Source: Bacteriovoracaceae bacterium | GTDB lineage: Bacteria > Bdellovibrionota > Bacteriovoracia > Bacteriovoracales > Bacteriovoracaceae | Reading direction: 5' to 3' | DNA: 64,000 nucleotides | Assembly: GCA_965217035.1 (NCBI GenBank) | Contig: OZ244226.1 | Location: forward strand, 2,338,146 to 2,402,145 | Translations under genes and position numbers: made by a program | Part shown: in pieces, positions 1-10,451 of the stretch | How positions within the stretch are numbered: position 1 is the first letter of the stretch | Layout of the letters: the number at the start of each line of letters is the position of its first letter | Notes under the pieces: model-generated | What the model was told of the DNA's origin: nothing | Database searches by the model: none | What the model saw: the letters and a program-made list of their open reading frames with translations, nothing else

Positions 1-440
1 CTCTGTGTAAAGTTTTTATAATCTTTTATCCAAGATGTTATTGTTTCGGGGGCCATCTCAAAAAGTTGTTTAGTTGCTTGATTTTTTGAAAGCTCGGCAA
101 TGTCTTCAGCAGATTCAGTAAAGAGTTTTCTATAATGATCAATCTGAGTGATAGAAAACTCTTGATCTTTTATATAATAAGCTGGGTAAATCCCTCTTTT
201 TCTATTTAAGATTCTAAGTCTTCTTAAAAGCTTTTTTCTTTGTTTTGGACCATAAAGAAATTTTGATATTTTACTGAGTGTTGCTCTGATATTTGAGAGT
301 TCGATAGCATCTTCATAAATTTCTTTAGATCGGGCCATAATTTGATCTTCATTTAAAGTACGAATTCTGCACTTATCAATAGAAAAAACTGAAGGTGAAA
401 ACAAAAAAAGAATTAAAAATAATTTGTAATACATAGGCAT
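1..440 (-). CDS. Hypothetical exported protein, 5' part (runs off window start)
   Basis: Read by hand: ATG at 440 gives MPMYYKLFLILFLFSPSVFSIDKCRIR..., signal-peptide-like, follows fliL on the same strand. Confidence 0.6.
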   Translation of the reverse strand, partial: MPMYYKLFLILFLFSPSVFSIDKCRIRTLNEDQIMARSKEIYEDAIELSNIRATLSKISKFLYGPKQRKKLLRRLRILNRKRGIYPAYYIKDQEFSITQIDHYRKLFTESAEDIAELSKNQATKQLFEMAPETITSWIKDYKNFTQ

Positions 441-470
441 AACTTTTTTAAATAGGGAATTTACTAAGGT

Positions 471-947
471 TTATTGTATCACGAAGCGAGTAAAGAGAAC
501 CTTCTGTATGATTTTTTTGCCAACTCTGATATTGATATTGTTTTTAATCCTCTCTGCGAGGAGAATTTTTCCTGATACTGTAGAGATTTGATCAGGAGTT
601 AGGGCCGAAGCCGTTTCTATAATAATGCTTATAATTTGGTGTTTATAGCCATGCTTTTTGTCATCGATATCTGAGCGATAATTTTCTTTCATAAGAACCA
701 AGTGAACTTCTGTATCAAGATAATGAAGGCGAGTTTTAGGAGAAAGAAGATTAATTGTCATCTTTGGAAGTGCATAAGGAGGACTTTTAGTTTCAGCAAT
801 AGCAGTTTGATTGAATTCATTTAATTCAGCATTGGTATCGGTATAAGGTTCCATCTTGGACTGGGCATAGAAAACATAGCCGACTCCAGCAATAATCAGA
901 ATATTCAATCCCAAAAGAATTTTGTCAAAAAGCGGTTTTCCCGTCAT
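471..947 (-). CDS. fliL: Flagellar basal body-associated FliL family protein
   Basis: Single N-terminal TM, then 'TINL...LHYL', 'GKILL..RI...IN', C-terminal 'VLFTRFVIQ' typical of FliL. Confidence 0.8.
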   Translation of the reverse strand: MTGKPLFDKILLGLNILIIAGVGYVFYAQSKMEPYTDTNAELNEFNQTAIAETKSPPYALPKMTINLLSPKTRLHYLDTEVHLVLMKENYRSDIDDKKHGYKHQIISIIIETASALTPDQISTVSGKILLAERIKNNINIRVGKKIIQKVLFTRFVIQ

Positions 948-966
948 AAGGATAGTATATCAGATA

Positions 967-2073
967 TTAGAAGGGTAAGGGAGTATATGGAAGTTCTAAA
1001 TCTTTCGCAACTTGCTCATATACCAGATCACCTTTATAGGTATTGATGCCTTTCAAAAATACTGGATCAGATTGAGCAGCTTTATCAACTCCTAATCGTG
1101 CAAGTAATCGAGCGTATTTCAGAGTGACGTTTGTTAATGCAAAAGTGGATGTTTTTGGAACAGCACCCGGCATGTTAGCCACACTATAATGAACAACTCC
1201 ATCGACGATAAAAGTTGGATTTTCATGAGTTGTCGGTTTTGCTGTTGCGATGCAACCCCCTTGGTCGACAGCGATATCAACAACAACCGATCCTGGTTGC
1301 ATCTTGCTAATCATTTCTCTGGTTACGAGTTTAGGTGCTTTTGCTCCTGGAACAAGAACCGCCCCAATAACAAGATCAGATTGAACAACACATTCTTCAA
1401 TATGTTGAGGATTTGAAAATAAAGTGGTCAGGCGGTTTTCGAAAAGATCATCCATCTCTGCAAGTCTTTTCGCGGAGAGGTCAAGGACTGTAACATCAGC
1501 TCCAAGGCCCATTGCCATTTTAGTGGCATTAGTTCCAGCAACTCCACAACCAATGATTGTAACCTTAGCCCGTTTAACTCCAGGAACACCACCAAGTAAG
1601 ATACCTTTTCCACCTTTGTTAGCCTGGAGATACTGGGCCCCAACTTGAGTGGCCATTCTTCCTGCAACTTCAGACATTGGAACAAGGAGAGGAAGTGATC
1701 CATCTTTCTCTTGGATTGTTTCGTAAGCAATGCTGGTACAGCCCGATTTCATAATGCCTTCAGTAAGCTCTCGATCGGCTGCGAGATGAAGATATGTGTA
1801 AAGAATATGATGGGATTTTAATAAAGAGATTTCATTTGGCTGTGGTTCTTTTACCTTAATGATCATCTCTGACTTTTCAAAGACATCTTCAAGTGTTGCC
1901 AGCTTTTTTCCACCGACCGCGGTATATTCTTCATCGGATATTCCGATTCCAGATCCTAGTCCCGCTTGAAAGTAGACTTCATGCCCATCACCAACAAGAG
2001 AGCGAACCCCGCCAGGTACCAACCCAGCGCGATTTTCATTATTTTTTATTTCTTTTGGTACTCCGATAATCAT
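967..2073 (-). CDS. ald: Alanine dehydrogenase
   Basis: [46 protein letters not shown] motifs; 368 aa. Confidence 0.97.
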   Translation of the reverse strand: MIIGVPKEIKNNENRAGLVPGGVRSLVGDGHEVYFQAGLGSGIGISDEEYTAVGGKKLATLEDVFEKSEMIIKVKEPQPNEISLLKSHHILYTYLHLAADRELTEGIMKSGCTSIAYETIQEKDGSLPLLVPMSEVAGRMATQVGAQYLQANKGGKGILLGGVPGVKRAKVTIIGCGVAGTNATKMAMGLGADVTVLDLSAKRLAEMDDLFENRLTTLFSNPQHIEECVVQSDLVIGAVLVPGAKAPKLVTREMISKMQPGSVVVDIAVDQGGCIATAKPTTHENPTFIVDGVVHYSVANMPGAVPKTSTFALTNVTLKYARLLARLGVDKAAQSDPVFLKGINTYKGDLVYEQVAKDLELPYTPLPF

Positions 2074-2179
2074 GAACTGTACTAATTTCCTTGAATTTAT
2101 CTTTACTTAAGTTTGGCTTAGAATATTTCAAAATACAATAAGAGGTAAATAGCTTTCTTATTAAAATCCAGACCCTAAG

Positions 2180-3580
2180 GTGAAAATTATGATTTATCTA
2201 AAACAGCTACTTTTGGTCCTGTTAAGTTTGATGTTCTTTGTGCGGTGTTCAACGACACCTCTTTCTGAGACTAAGGAAGGACTCCATAATGGGATTTATC
2301 AAATTGACGCTAGAAAATATGTTTTAAAGAACGGAATGACCGTCATCCTTTCAAAAAATGAAAAACTTCCGGTTTTCTCAATTTATACTTATTACAAAGT
2401 GGGGTCTGTCCATGAAACAAAAGGAATGACCGGCTCTTCGCACTTCCTTGAGCATATGATGTTTAAGGGGGCCAAGAAATATGGGAAAGGACAGTTTGAT
2501 AAAATAATTGAGGCTAACGGTGGTTCTTCGAATGCTTATACAAGTTATGACGAGACAGCTTATTATGAGAATATGCCTATTTCAGCTCTTGAGAATGTTC
2601 TTGATCTAGAAGCAGATAGAATGCAAAACCTTCTTTTGGATTCTAATGATTTCCAGAAAGAAAAACAGGTTGTCTTAGAAGAAAGAAAAATGCGTTATGA
2701 AAACTCACCAAGAGGACAATTATATATTGGTGTTATGAATAAAGTCTTTAAGGACACTCCTTATGAAGTTCCTGTCATTGGAACAGTGGAAGATATTAAA
2801 GGAGTTTCTCGTGATCAAGTTTATGAATACTTTAAGGATTTCTATGCTCCTAATAATGCTATTATGCTCATCGTTGGAGACATTGATTATGAAGACACTC
2901 TTCAAGAAGTAAAAAAACAATTTGGAGAAATTCCGGCTTCTGAAAATGTCGCTTCAATTCAAAAAGTCAGAGAAGTTGGATTTGATAAAAAAATTTCTAA
3001 GAGCATAACAGAAAACTATCATGGAAAATCTGAAAACCCTCTTTTTGCACTTGCATTTCCTGGAATCAAATATGGTTCACGAGCTAGTTATGTGGGAGAT
3101 CTTCTTGCGACAATTCTTGCTGGAACAAATAGCTCTTATCTCAATCAAAAATATGTTGCTTCAACAAAACCTTCTCTTGCAAGCATTAGTGCATCTAACT
3201 ATACATTGAAGCATAGTGGAGTCTTTTTTCTGATGGGAGAAATTATTGATCACAATCAAATAAGTTCTATTAAAAACAATCTTTTGAAAGATTTTAAGAA
3301 TTTTTGCTCAACCCAAGTCACTGATAGAAATGTAAAAAAGGTTAAGAATCAATATCTTTTAAGGTTTTATAAAGAACTTGAAACGAATGCAGGAGTTGCT
3401 CGTTATCTTGGAACGATTGAATCTTATCTTGGTGATTTCACAAAATATATTGATGAAATCAAAACCTATCAATCTATTAAGACAGGGGAAGTCCAAAAGG
3501 CTTGTAATGACTTTTTGTTAGGAAAAAATCATTACTTTATGACTGTCTGGAAAAACAATAAAAGAAAATTGAAATTATAG
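2180..3580 (+). CDS. M16 family zinc peptidase, catalytic subunit (possible lipoprotein)
   Basis: HFLEH (HxxEH) motif, NAYTSYDET, EERKMR, FYAPNNA. Confidence 0.92.
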   Translation: MKIMIYLKQLLLVLLSLMFFVRCSTTPLSETKEGLHNGIYQIDARKYVLKNGMTVILSKNEKLPVFSIYTYYKVGSVHETKGMTGSSHFLEHMMFKGAKKYGKGQFDKIIEANGGSSNAYTSYDETAYYENMPISALENVLDLEADRMQNLLLDSNDFQKEKQVVLEERKMRYENSPRGQLYIGVMNKVFKDTPYEVPVIGTVEDIKGVSRDQVYEYFKDFYAPNNAIMLIVGDIDYEDTLQEVKKQFGEIPASENVASIQKVREVGFDKKISKSITENYHGKSENPLFALAFPGIKYGSRASYVGDLLATILAGTNSSYLNQKYVASTKPSLASISASNYTLKHSGVFFLMGEIIDHNQISSIKNNLLKDFKNFCSTQVTDRNVKKVKNQYLLRFYKELETNAGVARYLGTIESYLGDFTKYIDEIKTYQSIKTGEVQKACNDFLLGKNHYFMTVWKNNKRKLKL

Positions 3581-3589
3581 GAATAACTT

Positions 3590-4978
3590 ATGAGAACTTT
3601 ATTATTATTTTTATTTATCTCTAACCTTGCTTTCTCTGTTGATAAATTAAAGGTTGAAAATTTTAATTGGAATGGAGTTGAAGTGGTCTGGCTAGAAGAA
3701 GATCGCTTCCCAACTTATGATATTGTTATTTATTATGGGGAAGGAGCTCTTGCTGATAAAAAAAGAAAAGAAGGGCAAGTAAACTTGATGTTTTCCATGT
3801 TGACTAATGGAACTCCAAAGTATTCTCAAGCTCAACTTGCTGAAAAATTTGATTTCTATGGAACTGGGCTCGACTCGAGTTTAACACATGAATATAGTAC
3901 TCTTTCCTATTCAGGGCTTGCTCAAGATGCTGTTCCTGTTACTCAACTTGTTTGCCATGTTTTAAAAGAAGCAAATTTCCCAATGAAAGAGCTTAATTCT
4001 GTAAAAAAACGAGCTATCGGAAGTTTAAAAAATCTTGTTGCGAATCACGGAGCATTGGCCAATCGAATTTTTCGAAAAATTTCTTTTGGGGAAACTCCTT
4101 TTTCAAGTTTCACAAGCGGAAGTATTAACTCTTTAAAAAATATGACTCGGACATCTCTTTTAAAATCTCGAGATTATTTTAATAAGAATGTTTATAAAAA
4201 AATATTTATTAGTGGGCCTAAAGAAGTTCTTAAAGTGAAAGAGAGTTTTAATAAGTATTGTAATTGGGGAAAACAAAATAAACTTTTCCAGAGAACCAAA
4301 AATCCTCCGAAGAAGTTTTATGGTTTTGAAGTTTCTAAAAAAACAAAAGTACCTCTTTATTTTGCTTCTGTTGATGGGGCTAATCAGGCTCAGATCAGGA
4401 TTGGAACGGCCTTACCTGTTAATTACTTCAATGGAACAAATTTTGACCTTTCCAAGCTTTCCTCAACAATTTTGGGAGGCTCATTTACTTCTCTTCTTAT
4501 GAGAGAGTTACGGGTTAAAAGAGGTCTTACTTATAGCGCATTTTCAGCAGCATCTCCTCAATATCTTTATGGACGTTTAGTTGTTTCGACATCAACGAAA
4601 AATGAAACTGTTCTTGAAACGCTTTACACCATCCGAGATACGTTGGAGATTTTAACAAAGGGCAAGGTCACTCAAGAGCGAGTTGATGGAACCAAAAAGT
4701 ATCTTAAAGGAAAACATCTTTTTCAATTTGAGAGTCAAGCGAGTTTTCTTTCGAATTTAGTTATGTTTGATCATTTAGGAAGAAAATATAATGAAATCTA
4801 TGAATTCCCGAAAAATCTCGAGACTTTTTCTAGAAAACAAGTGATTGACCTTTCTCAAAAGATCTTTGACTGGGATAAGCAAATCGTTTTTGTTCTTGGT
4901 GATAAAAAGTTAAAAAAGAAGATTTTAAAGTCAAATTTATTTGATTTAAAAGAAGTTAAAATTAACAATTTTCTTTAA
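3590..4978 (+). CDS. M16 family peptidase, non-catalytic partner subunit
   Basis: Lacks HxxEH; ILGGSFTSLLMRELRVKRGLTYS motif; adjacent to the catalytic subunit. Confidence 0.88.
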   Translation: MRTLLLFLFISNLAFSVDKLKVENFNWNGVEVVWLEEDRFPTYDIVIYYGEGALADKKRKEGQVNLMFSMLTNGTPKYSQAQLAEKFDFYGTGLDSSLTHEYSTLSYSGLAQDAVPVTQLVCHVLKEANFPMKELNSVKKRAIGSLKNLVANHGALANRIFRKISFGETPFSSFTSGSINSLKNMTRTSLLKSRDYFNKNVYKKIFISGPKEVLKVKESFNKYCNWGKQNKLFQRTKNPPKKFYGFEVSKKTKVPLYFASVDGANQAQIRIGTALPVNYFNGTNFDLSKLSSTILGGSFTSLLMRELRVKRGLTYSAFSAASPQYLYGRLVVSTSTKNETVLETLYTIRDTLEILTKGKVTQERVDGTKKYLKGKHLFQFESQASFLSNLVMFDHLGRKYNEIYEFPKNLETFSRKQVIDLSQKIFDWDKQIVFVLGDKKLKKKILKSNLFDLKEVKINNFL

Positions 4979-5301
4979 GATATCCTAAGACTTAGCTCGG
5001 CTCCTGGAGCAACTTCTAGTGACTGGGAATCAATCTTTCCAGTCACTTTAGCTGAAGACATCAAGCTTACCTTGCCTCTTGATTTTATATCGCCTTCAAA
5101 TTCTCCTCGAATCACAAGGTCAGCACCTTGAAAGTCTCCCTGCATTTTTCCAGTGTTTTCAAGAACGAACTGGCTTTCATCCAAAACTTCAACATTTCCT
5201 TCAATAGAGCCAAAGAGAAATGTTTCTCCTTTTATTTGAAGATCTCCTGAAATTTTAAGATCGGGACCAATAGAATGAAAATCAATAAGTTTGTGTTCCA
5301 T
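4975..5301 (-). CDS. Bactofilin (polymer-forming cytoskeletal protein)
   Basis: Repeating G-x-I/V-x-G-x-I/V beta-helix pattern (IKG..IEGNV..VIRGEFEGDI..VTGKI..LEVAPGA). Confidence 0.85.
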   Translation of the reverse strand: MEHKLIDFHSIGPDLKISGDLQIKGETFLFGSIEGNVEVLDESQFVLENTGKMQGDFQGADLVIRGEFEGDIKSRGKVSLMSSAKVTGKIDSQSLEVAPGAELSLRIS

Positions 5302-6012
5302 TTAGTTATTAACTGAGATGGGTCCAACGAGTTTATTTGTGATCATATCTCCAGTTTTTGAAAAAATAACAATTCTAAAAAATGCTTCTTTCATTGATTT
5401 TGGGATTGAAAAGTTTACTGTAAAAGGACGGAATCGCGAAACAGTAAAGGACTCACCTTGTTGAAACTCTATAGGAGTTCCAGACATAAGTGATTTTGAA
5501 GTTGGTTGAACAGTAATTCCTGAATCTGTGTAAAGAGAGACAAAGCTATAACCAGAAACTTTCCCGTTTTGCTTTGTATTTTTGACATTAAATTTAAGGT
5601 TAGCTTTTCCATTAGAGAAACTGGTGTTGATCTCCTCTAGTTTAATTAAGCCTTGTTTTGTAATGTCCTTAAATCCGCTAGGTGTTGCAAATAAGGAAAG
5701 AGCTGAACTTTTCTCAGAAGGTTGTGAAAGCTTCTCTCTTAAGGCTAAATTTTCTTCGGTCAGTGTTGAGATCGTTGTTGCTTTCTCTTCATTTTGTTTT
5801 GTTAAGCTATCTAAGCTTGAAGACTGGTCATCTTTTACCATAGAGATTTGATTCTGATAAAATAAAATGGTTAAGACCATCGAAACGATTAATGCAGAAA
5901 CAAGTAAAGATAAAGTTGTAAAAAACTGTTTTAATGTTTTGCTATTAATTTTAAGGATTTTTGAAAGACGACCTTCTTGGATGATGATTTTTGCATTTTT
6001 GTTTGAGCTCAT
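5302..6012 (-). CDS. Hypothetical membrane-anchored coiled-coil protein
   Basis: One TM segment, coiled coil, beta-rich C-terminus; abuts both neighbours. Confidence 0.7.
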   Translation of the reverse strand: MSSNKNAKIIIQEGRLSKILKINSKTLKQFFTTLSLLVSALIVSMVLTILFYQNQISMVKDDQSSSLDSLTKQNEEKATTISTLTEENLALREKLSQPSEKSSALSLFATPSGFKDITKQGLIKLEEINTSFSNGKANLKFNVKNTKQNGKVSGYSFVSLYTDSGITVQPTSKSLMSGTPIEFQQGESFTVSRFRPFTVNFSIPKSMKEAFFRIVIFSKTGDMITNKLVGPISVNN

Positions 6013-7079
6013 TATTCAAAATACCTCTTACTATTTTTTGAAAAAGCGAGTTCCCTCTCACTTGGGAGTTGATTCCACTGCTCCCAAACAATTTTCCAAT
6101 TATAAGTTTTATCTTTTCTTAAATAGAGTGTTTTAAAGCCTGAATCATTCATTAAATTCGATTCGTAAGTTTGCTTCATTCTCAAAACGGCATAGTCTTC
6201 GAATTGAAGGATCGAAAGATTTTCCATATTAATATTTGCGAACTCAGTATTCTTAAAGATACGAGTCTTATGAGTTCTGAACCCTTCAAACCTTACACCC
6301 TTCGTCGTTTTAAACCGTTTCTTATCATAGAGAGAAAGGTAGTTTTTAACATCTTGGGTTCTCCATGCTGAAAGCCAATTATTAAAAAAGCTTTGGAGTT
6401 CACTTTTATTTTTTTCAAAGGTTGATTTATTCCAATAGCTAAGATCTTGAGTCACGATGTAAGGGGTTCCTATTTCGATATCGATATACTCAGAAAGCTT
6501 TTTGAGGTTTTCATCATTAACAACAACACAGCCTCTTGAATCAAGGCCTTTTTTAATGCGAGACACATCATTAGTAGAATGGAGCCAAATGCCGTCTCCT
6601 GTTTTTCCATCCATTTTGTCGATTGGGTTGGGATAGTTGGAGGTAAAAGCTCCGATTCCATAGATTTTTCCGTAATCACCATACATTTTTATGAGCTGAT
6701 CAGATTTATAGAATCCTCCAAGAAAGTAAATTCCCTCCGGAGTTTTCTTATCCCCTTGAAATTCTTTGTCGCCGGGATTTTTTCCACTAGCAATAGGGAA
6801 GCTAAAAATTTTTCTTAACTGGTTGTTTTCATGAGTAAAAAGATGCAGTAAGTGGCGGCTCTTCTCAACCACGAAGATATTTTTAGAATAAATCTGATCT
6901 GCTTGGATAATATAAGAGAGCTTGAACTCCTCAGAATGGCCACAAAAGCTAATACTTGAGCAAACCAATCCAATAAGAAATGTTGATAATCCGTCTCTCA
7001 TCTTTCTCACAGAAGTTAGTTTAGCTAGTTGCACTAACATGATCAAGTACCGACCTGAAACGGACAAAAAAAATTGCAT
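6012..7079 (-). CDS. L,D-transpeptidase/carboxypeptidase (YkuD fold) with C-terminal NTF2-like domain (Csd6/Pgp2/Bd1075-like); true start may be downstream
   Basis: GDKKTPEGIY, GIWLHS...SRGCVV catalytic His/Cys; C-terminal 'WLSAW..DVKNYLSLY...WKIVWEQW'. Confidence 0.85.
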   Translation of the reverse strand: MQFFLSVSGRYLIMLVQLAKLTSVRKMRDGLSTFLIGLVCSSISFCGHSEEFKLSYIIQADQIYSKNIFVVEKSRHLLHLFTHENNQLRKIFSFPIASGKNPGDKEFQGDKKTPEGIYFLGGFYKSDQLIKMYGDYGKIYGIGAFTSNYPNPIDKMDGKTGDGIWLHSTNDVSRIKKGLDSRGCVVVNDENLKKLSEYIDIEIGTPYIVTQDLSYWNKSTFEKNKSELQSFFNNWLSAWRTQDVKNYLSLYDKKRFKTTKGVRFEGFRTHKTRIFKNTEFANINMENLSILQFEDYAVLRMKQTYESNLMNDSGFKTLYLRKDKTYNWKIVWEQWNQLPSERELAFSKNSKRYFE

Positions 7080-7161
7080 ATTTTTCCTTAAATGCCGATA
7101 AGAATAAGAGAATCGCTATAATTGAAAGAAGCGATAGACGCGGGAGATAGGACGAGTCGCT

Positions 7162-8736
7162 ATGAAACATTTATTATTAGTTGAGCATGAGCCCAATCTG
7201 GATTCATTCATTTCAGAGTTTACCACAGTCGAAGATCGATTCTGTCTTTTCTCGTGCAAATTTGACGAGCTAGAATCACTTGCATGCAATGAGGAATTTG
7301 ATGGGGGAATTATAGTTTTAGTTCCAACCTGGAGAGAAATTAAACTCGAGGTGCTCAGAGAAAAATTTCCTAGAAAAAAAATAATGCTTTTATCGGCGAT
7401 GATCAGTGATGTCACTGTTCGCGAGCTTCAGCATGATAAGGGAGTTATTGATCTCTTTTTTAAAGCGCCTATTCCAATGGAAAAAATTGATTCAATGTAC
7501 GATGCTTTTAACTCTGCCCAAACAGCAAGTGTAAATATTGGCATTGATGACGATGATAGTTTGGTTCTTGAGGGGGCTTTTAGGGACACACAAGCACTTG
7601 AAATGTCGGAAGATGATGGAGATCTCGAACTTGATGGTGCAGATGAAGATACTTCATTGGAAATGGATCAACCAAGTGAAATCAAAGTGGCTGAAGAGGT
7701 TACTCGAGCTTCAACGAGTGTCATTGATCTTGCTAAAGAACTTGAAGGAGAAGTCCTTGGGGGTAATAATGTGACTCCTGAAGGCGCTAAAGGTAATGAC
7801 CTTATGACTCTACTTGAAGGAGAGGGAGAATACGATCATTCAACGCACTACGATTCTCATGATATTTCTCGAATTTTGAAGACAGATGTTCTTCAAGAAG
7901 AACTAAGAAAGGAAGCAGAAGCTCAAGCCTCGGAGAAAACTGTTGAGACTTCAGAAGTAGAAGAAAATATCTTGATCCCAGAATTTGCAGATCCTTCTCT
8001 TTTGGTTGGAGGAAGCAGCCAAGAAAGAGGTGTTGATTTAAGCTTATTATCGAATTCTGAGATTTCGGAAGAGGAAGTTAAATCGAAAAAAGCTGAAGGA
8101 GCTTCTCCTGACGAAGTTCAAAAGATGCTTAGGCATAGAGAAGAGGATTACCTCAAGCTTTTGACAAGAAATGAAATTCTTGAAGAAGAAAATCGAATCA
8201 TCCGTGAAAAAATTATTTCACTTGAAGAAGTTGCGAGTTCTGCAAGTCTTATTTCTAAAAAGAAGAGTCTTGAGAGTGATGAAAATAAGATTAAAATTTC
8301 TGTTCTGAGAAGACATCATAATGAAGAGCTAGAAAAAATTCATGGACAGAATAAACTCTATCGAGAAAAGCTTGGTTATTTAAAAGAGAGCATGGATCGT
8401 CTTGTAGACGAGAATAAAAAACTTTTAAAACAAAATATGATCGATGTTAAGAAAGTTCGTTCAAGAGAAGAAGAACTAGAAGAGAAGCTCAATCTAATGA
8501 AAGCAGATGTTTCTTCGCAGATAAAAAATAGAGAAAACAAAATTATAGAATTAAAGAGAAAGATTGACCTTCTTCATTTTGATCTTAAGGACAGTGAGGA
8601 GAGAGAAAAAGAGCTTTCTCATAAAATTACTATATTAGAAGAAAAGTTATATAAGTTGAAAAAGGTACTTGGGGAGTCTATTGAACGTCTTGATGATTCA
8701 TTCTATGACGAACCTGCGCGAAAAGTGAAATTATGA
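7162..8736 (+). CDS. Hypothetical protein: degenerate receiver-like N-terminus, acidic linker, long C-terminal coiled coil
   Basis: MKHLLLVEHE start, 'IMLLSA', 'FFKAPI'; heptad-rich C-terminus. Confidence 0.7.
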   Translation: MKHLLLVEHEPNLDSFISEFTTVEDRFCLFSCKFDELESLACNEEFDGGIIVLVPTWREIKLEVLREKFPRKKIMLLSAMISDVTVRELQHDKGVIDLFFKAPIPMEKIDSMYDAFNSAQTASVNIGIDDDDSLVLEGAFRDTQALEMSEDDGDLELDGADEDTSLEMDQPSEIKVAEEVTRASTSVIDLAKELEGEVLGGNNVTPEGAKGNDLMTLLEGEGEYDHSTHYDSHDISRILKTDVLQEELRKEAEAQASEKTVETSEVEENILIPEFADPSLLVGGSSQERGVDLSLLSNSEISEEEVKSKKAEGASPDEVQKMLRHREEDYLKLLTRNEILEEENRIIREKIISLEEVASSASLISKKKSLESDENKIKISVLRRHHNEELEKIHGQNKLYREKLGYLKESMDRLVDENKKLLKQNMIDVKKVRSREEELEEKLNLMKADVSSQIKNRENKIIELKRKIDLLHFDLKDSEEREKELSHKITILEEKLYKLKKVLGESIERLDDSFYDEPARKVKL

Positions 8737-9581
8737 TTTTTAAAGAAGATGATTTTGTAGAATTACTACTTGCACGAAACTGGAAAAGGTTCTTTTCAGA
8801 GATGAATGAAAAATATCAAGATGTTTTTCAGGTACATAGCTATTCTATTGAATCTAGTGGGCGAAAAACGGAAGATGTTGTAAATAAAAAGGCTCAAAAT
8901 CTCGCGAAGTTATCGATCCAAAGAATTTTTGAAAATAATAATTTTCAGTTAGATCTTAATTGTGAAATTCATAATATTAATGAAGCATTTGTGAAGAATT
9001 ATCTTAAGCTTGAAATCGATCAATTCATTACAAAAGTTCTCAATAAACACCTTGAATTTCATATTTACAAAGACGATTTAACAGAGGTTCAGAATTATAG
9101 ATGTCTTTATAAAGACGTAAAATTTCAAATTGAGCATTGTCGAGCTGAAAATAAGAAATTTACTCTTGTTTTTGTTGATCTCGATAACTTTAAATCAATC
9201 AACGATAGACATGGTCATATTGTGGGAAGTTCTTTGTTAAAACAACTCTCTGAGAAGCTTATTAAGTATAATGACTTAAACGAGTTCAAGATTTATCGTT
9301 ATGGTGGAGACGAATTCGTCTTCTTATGTGAAGAGAGTGATACGCAGGAAGCTGATAGAAGAGTGAGTCGAGTTCTTCAGAAGCTAGCGAAGGATAAGTT
9401 TCAAATCTCTGAAGGAAATGAAAGGGCGATAGAGCTTTCAGTCGGTTTTGCTGAGTTTCCAAAAGATGGGGAGACCTTTCAGGACATCGTTGATATCGCT
9501 GATAAAATGATGTACGAAGCTAAAAAACAAGGTAAATACCAGACCAATATCAGAATCAAAAGATTCAAGGAATCGGCTTAA
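8733..9581 (+). CDS. GGDEF diguanylate cyclase
   Basis: DLDNFKSINDRHGHIVG, RYGGDEF, ADKMMYEAKKQGK; ATGA overlap with upstream gene. Confidence 0.93.
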   Translation: MIFKEDDFVELLLARNWKRFFSEMNEKYQDVFQVHSYSIESSGRKTEDVVNKKAQNLAKLSIQRIFENNNFQLDLNCEIHNINEAFVKNYLKLEIDQFITKVLNKHLEFHIYKDDLTEVQNYRCLYKDVKFQIEHCRAENKKFTLVFVDLDNFKSINDRHGHIVGSSLLKQLSEKLIKYNDLNEFKIYRYGGDEFVFLCEESDTQEADRRVSRVLQKLAKDKFQISEGNERAIELSVGFAEFPKDGETFQDIVDIADKMMYEAKKQGKYQTNIRIKRFKESA

Positions 9582-9593
9582 CTAGGAAACTTC

Positions 9594-10451
9594 ATGGACA
9601 CCCTCGAAAAGTTTGTCGATCTTCCTTCCGGATTCAAAGTCTTTACTCGTTATAAAGAGGCGAATCATCCAGAATGGCTTGTTGTCACTCATGGAATCGC
9701 TGAACATTGTGGTCGTTATCGTTTTATCTTTGAGGAGCTTTCTCATAAATATAATATTTTTACTTATGATCTTCGTTCGCATGGGAGAAGTTCTGGAAAA
9801 AAAGGAAATATTAGAGATTTTTCTGTTTTTAAGAATGACCTCAATGAAGTTTTAATTTATCTCAAAAATAATTTTTCAATGAATCGTTTTAGTCTTTTTG
9901 GTCACTCGATGGGAGCATTAATCGTTTCTGATTTTATCCAATCGCATAAAGTTTTGAAGGGAAATGTTCTAAACTCGGATTTCTATCCAGAAAAAATTTT
10001 TCTTTCTTCTCCTCCTGTTGCTCCAGGAGGAGCATTAGGAAAACTTGTACAAAAGATTCCTAATTATTTTATGAAAAAGATTTCAGAATTTCCTTATGGC
10101 CTTAATTTAGGAGATCTTCTTGATAAAAAGGATCTCTCTCACGACTTAACAGTTGGTGACGAATACCTCGCAGATCCTCTTGTTTTAAAAAAATTAAATT
10201 CTCGATTTCTCTTTCAATTAATTCAGACAGGAAGAAATGTTTTTTCAAATCCTTTAAAAGCCGATTGTCCCGTTAATTGTATTATTGGGACAGAAGATCA
10301 AATAGTAGAGCCTAGCCTTTTACTAAATTATGCTCAACGAGTTGATCCCAATATGCAGCTTAAGGTAATTGAAGGGGGAAGGCATGAACTTCATAACGAA
10401 ATTGATCGCTATTTCGATCCTTATAAAGATTTCCTTCATAAATGTCTTTAA
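9594..10451 (+). CDS. Alpha/beta hydrolase (lysophospholipase/monoglyceride lipase type)
   Basis: HGIAEH, DLRSHGRS, GHSMG nucleophile elbow, RHELHNE. Confidence 0.9.
   Translation: MDTLEKFVDLPSGFKVFTRYKEANHPEWLVVTHGIAEHCGRYRFIFEELSHKYNIFTYDLRSHGRSSGKKGNIRDFSVFKNDLNEVLIYLKNNFSMNRFSLFGHSMGALIVSDFIQSHKVLKGNVLNSDFYPEKIFLSSPPVAPGGALGKLVQKIPNYFMKKISEFPYGLNLGDLLDKKDLSHDLTVGDEYLADPLVLKKLNSRFLFQLIQTGRNVFSNPLKADCPVNCIIGTEDQIVEPSLLLNYAQRVDPNMQLKVIEGGRHELHNEIDRYFDPYKDFLHKCL

Noticed and set aside
1189..1730. Short ORFs overlapping ald (and similar antisense/alternate-frame ORFs inside most long genes)
   Set aside because: Shadow ORFs within well-supported genes, without RBS or recognisable motifs.
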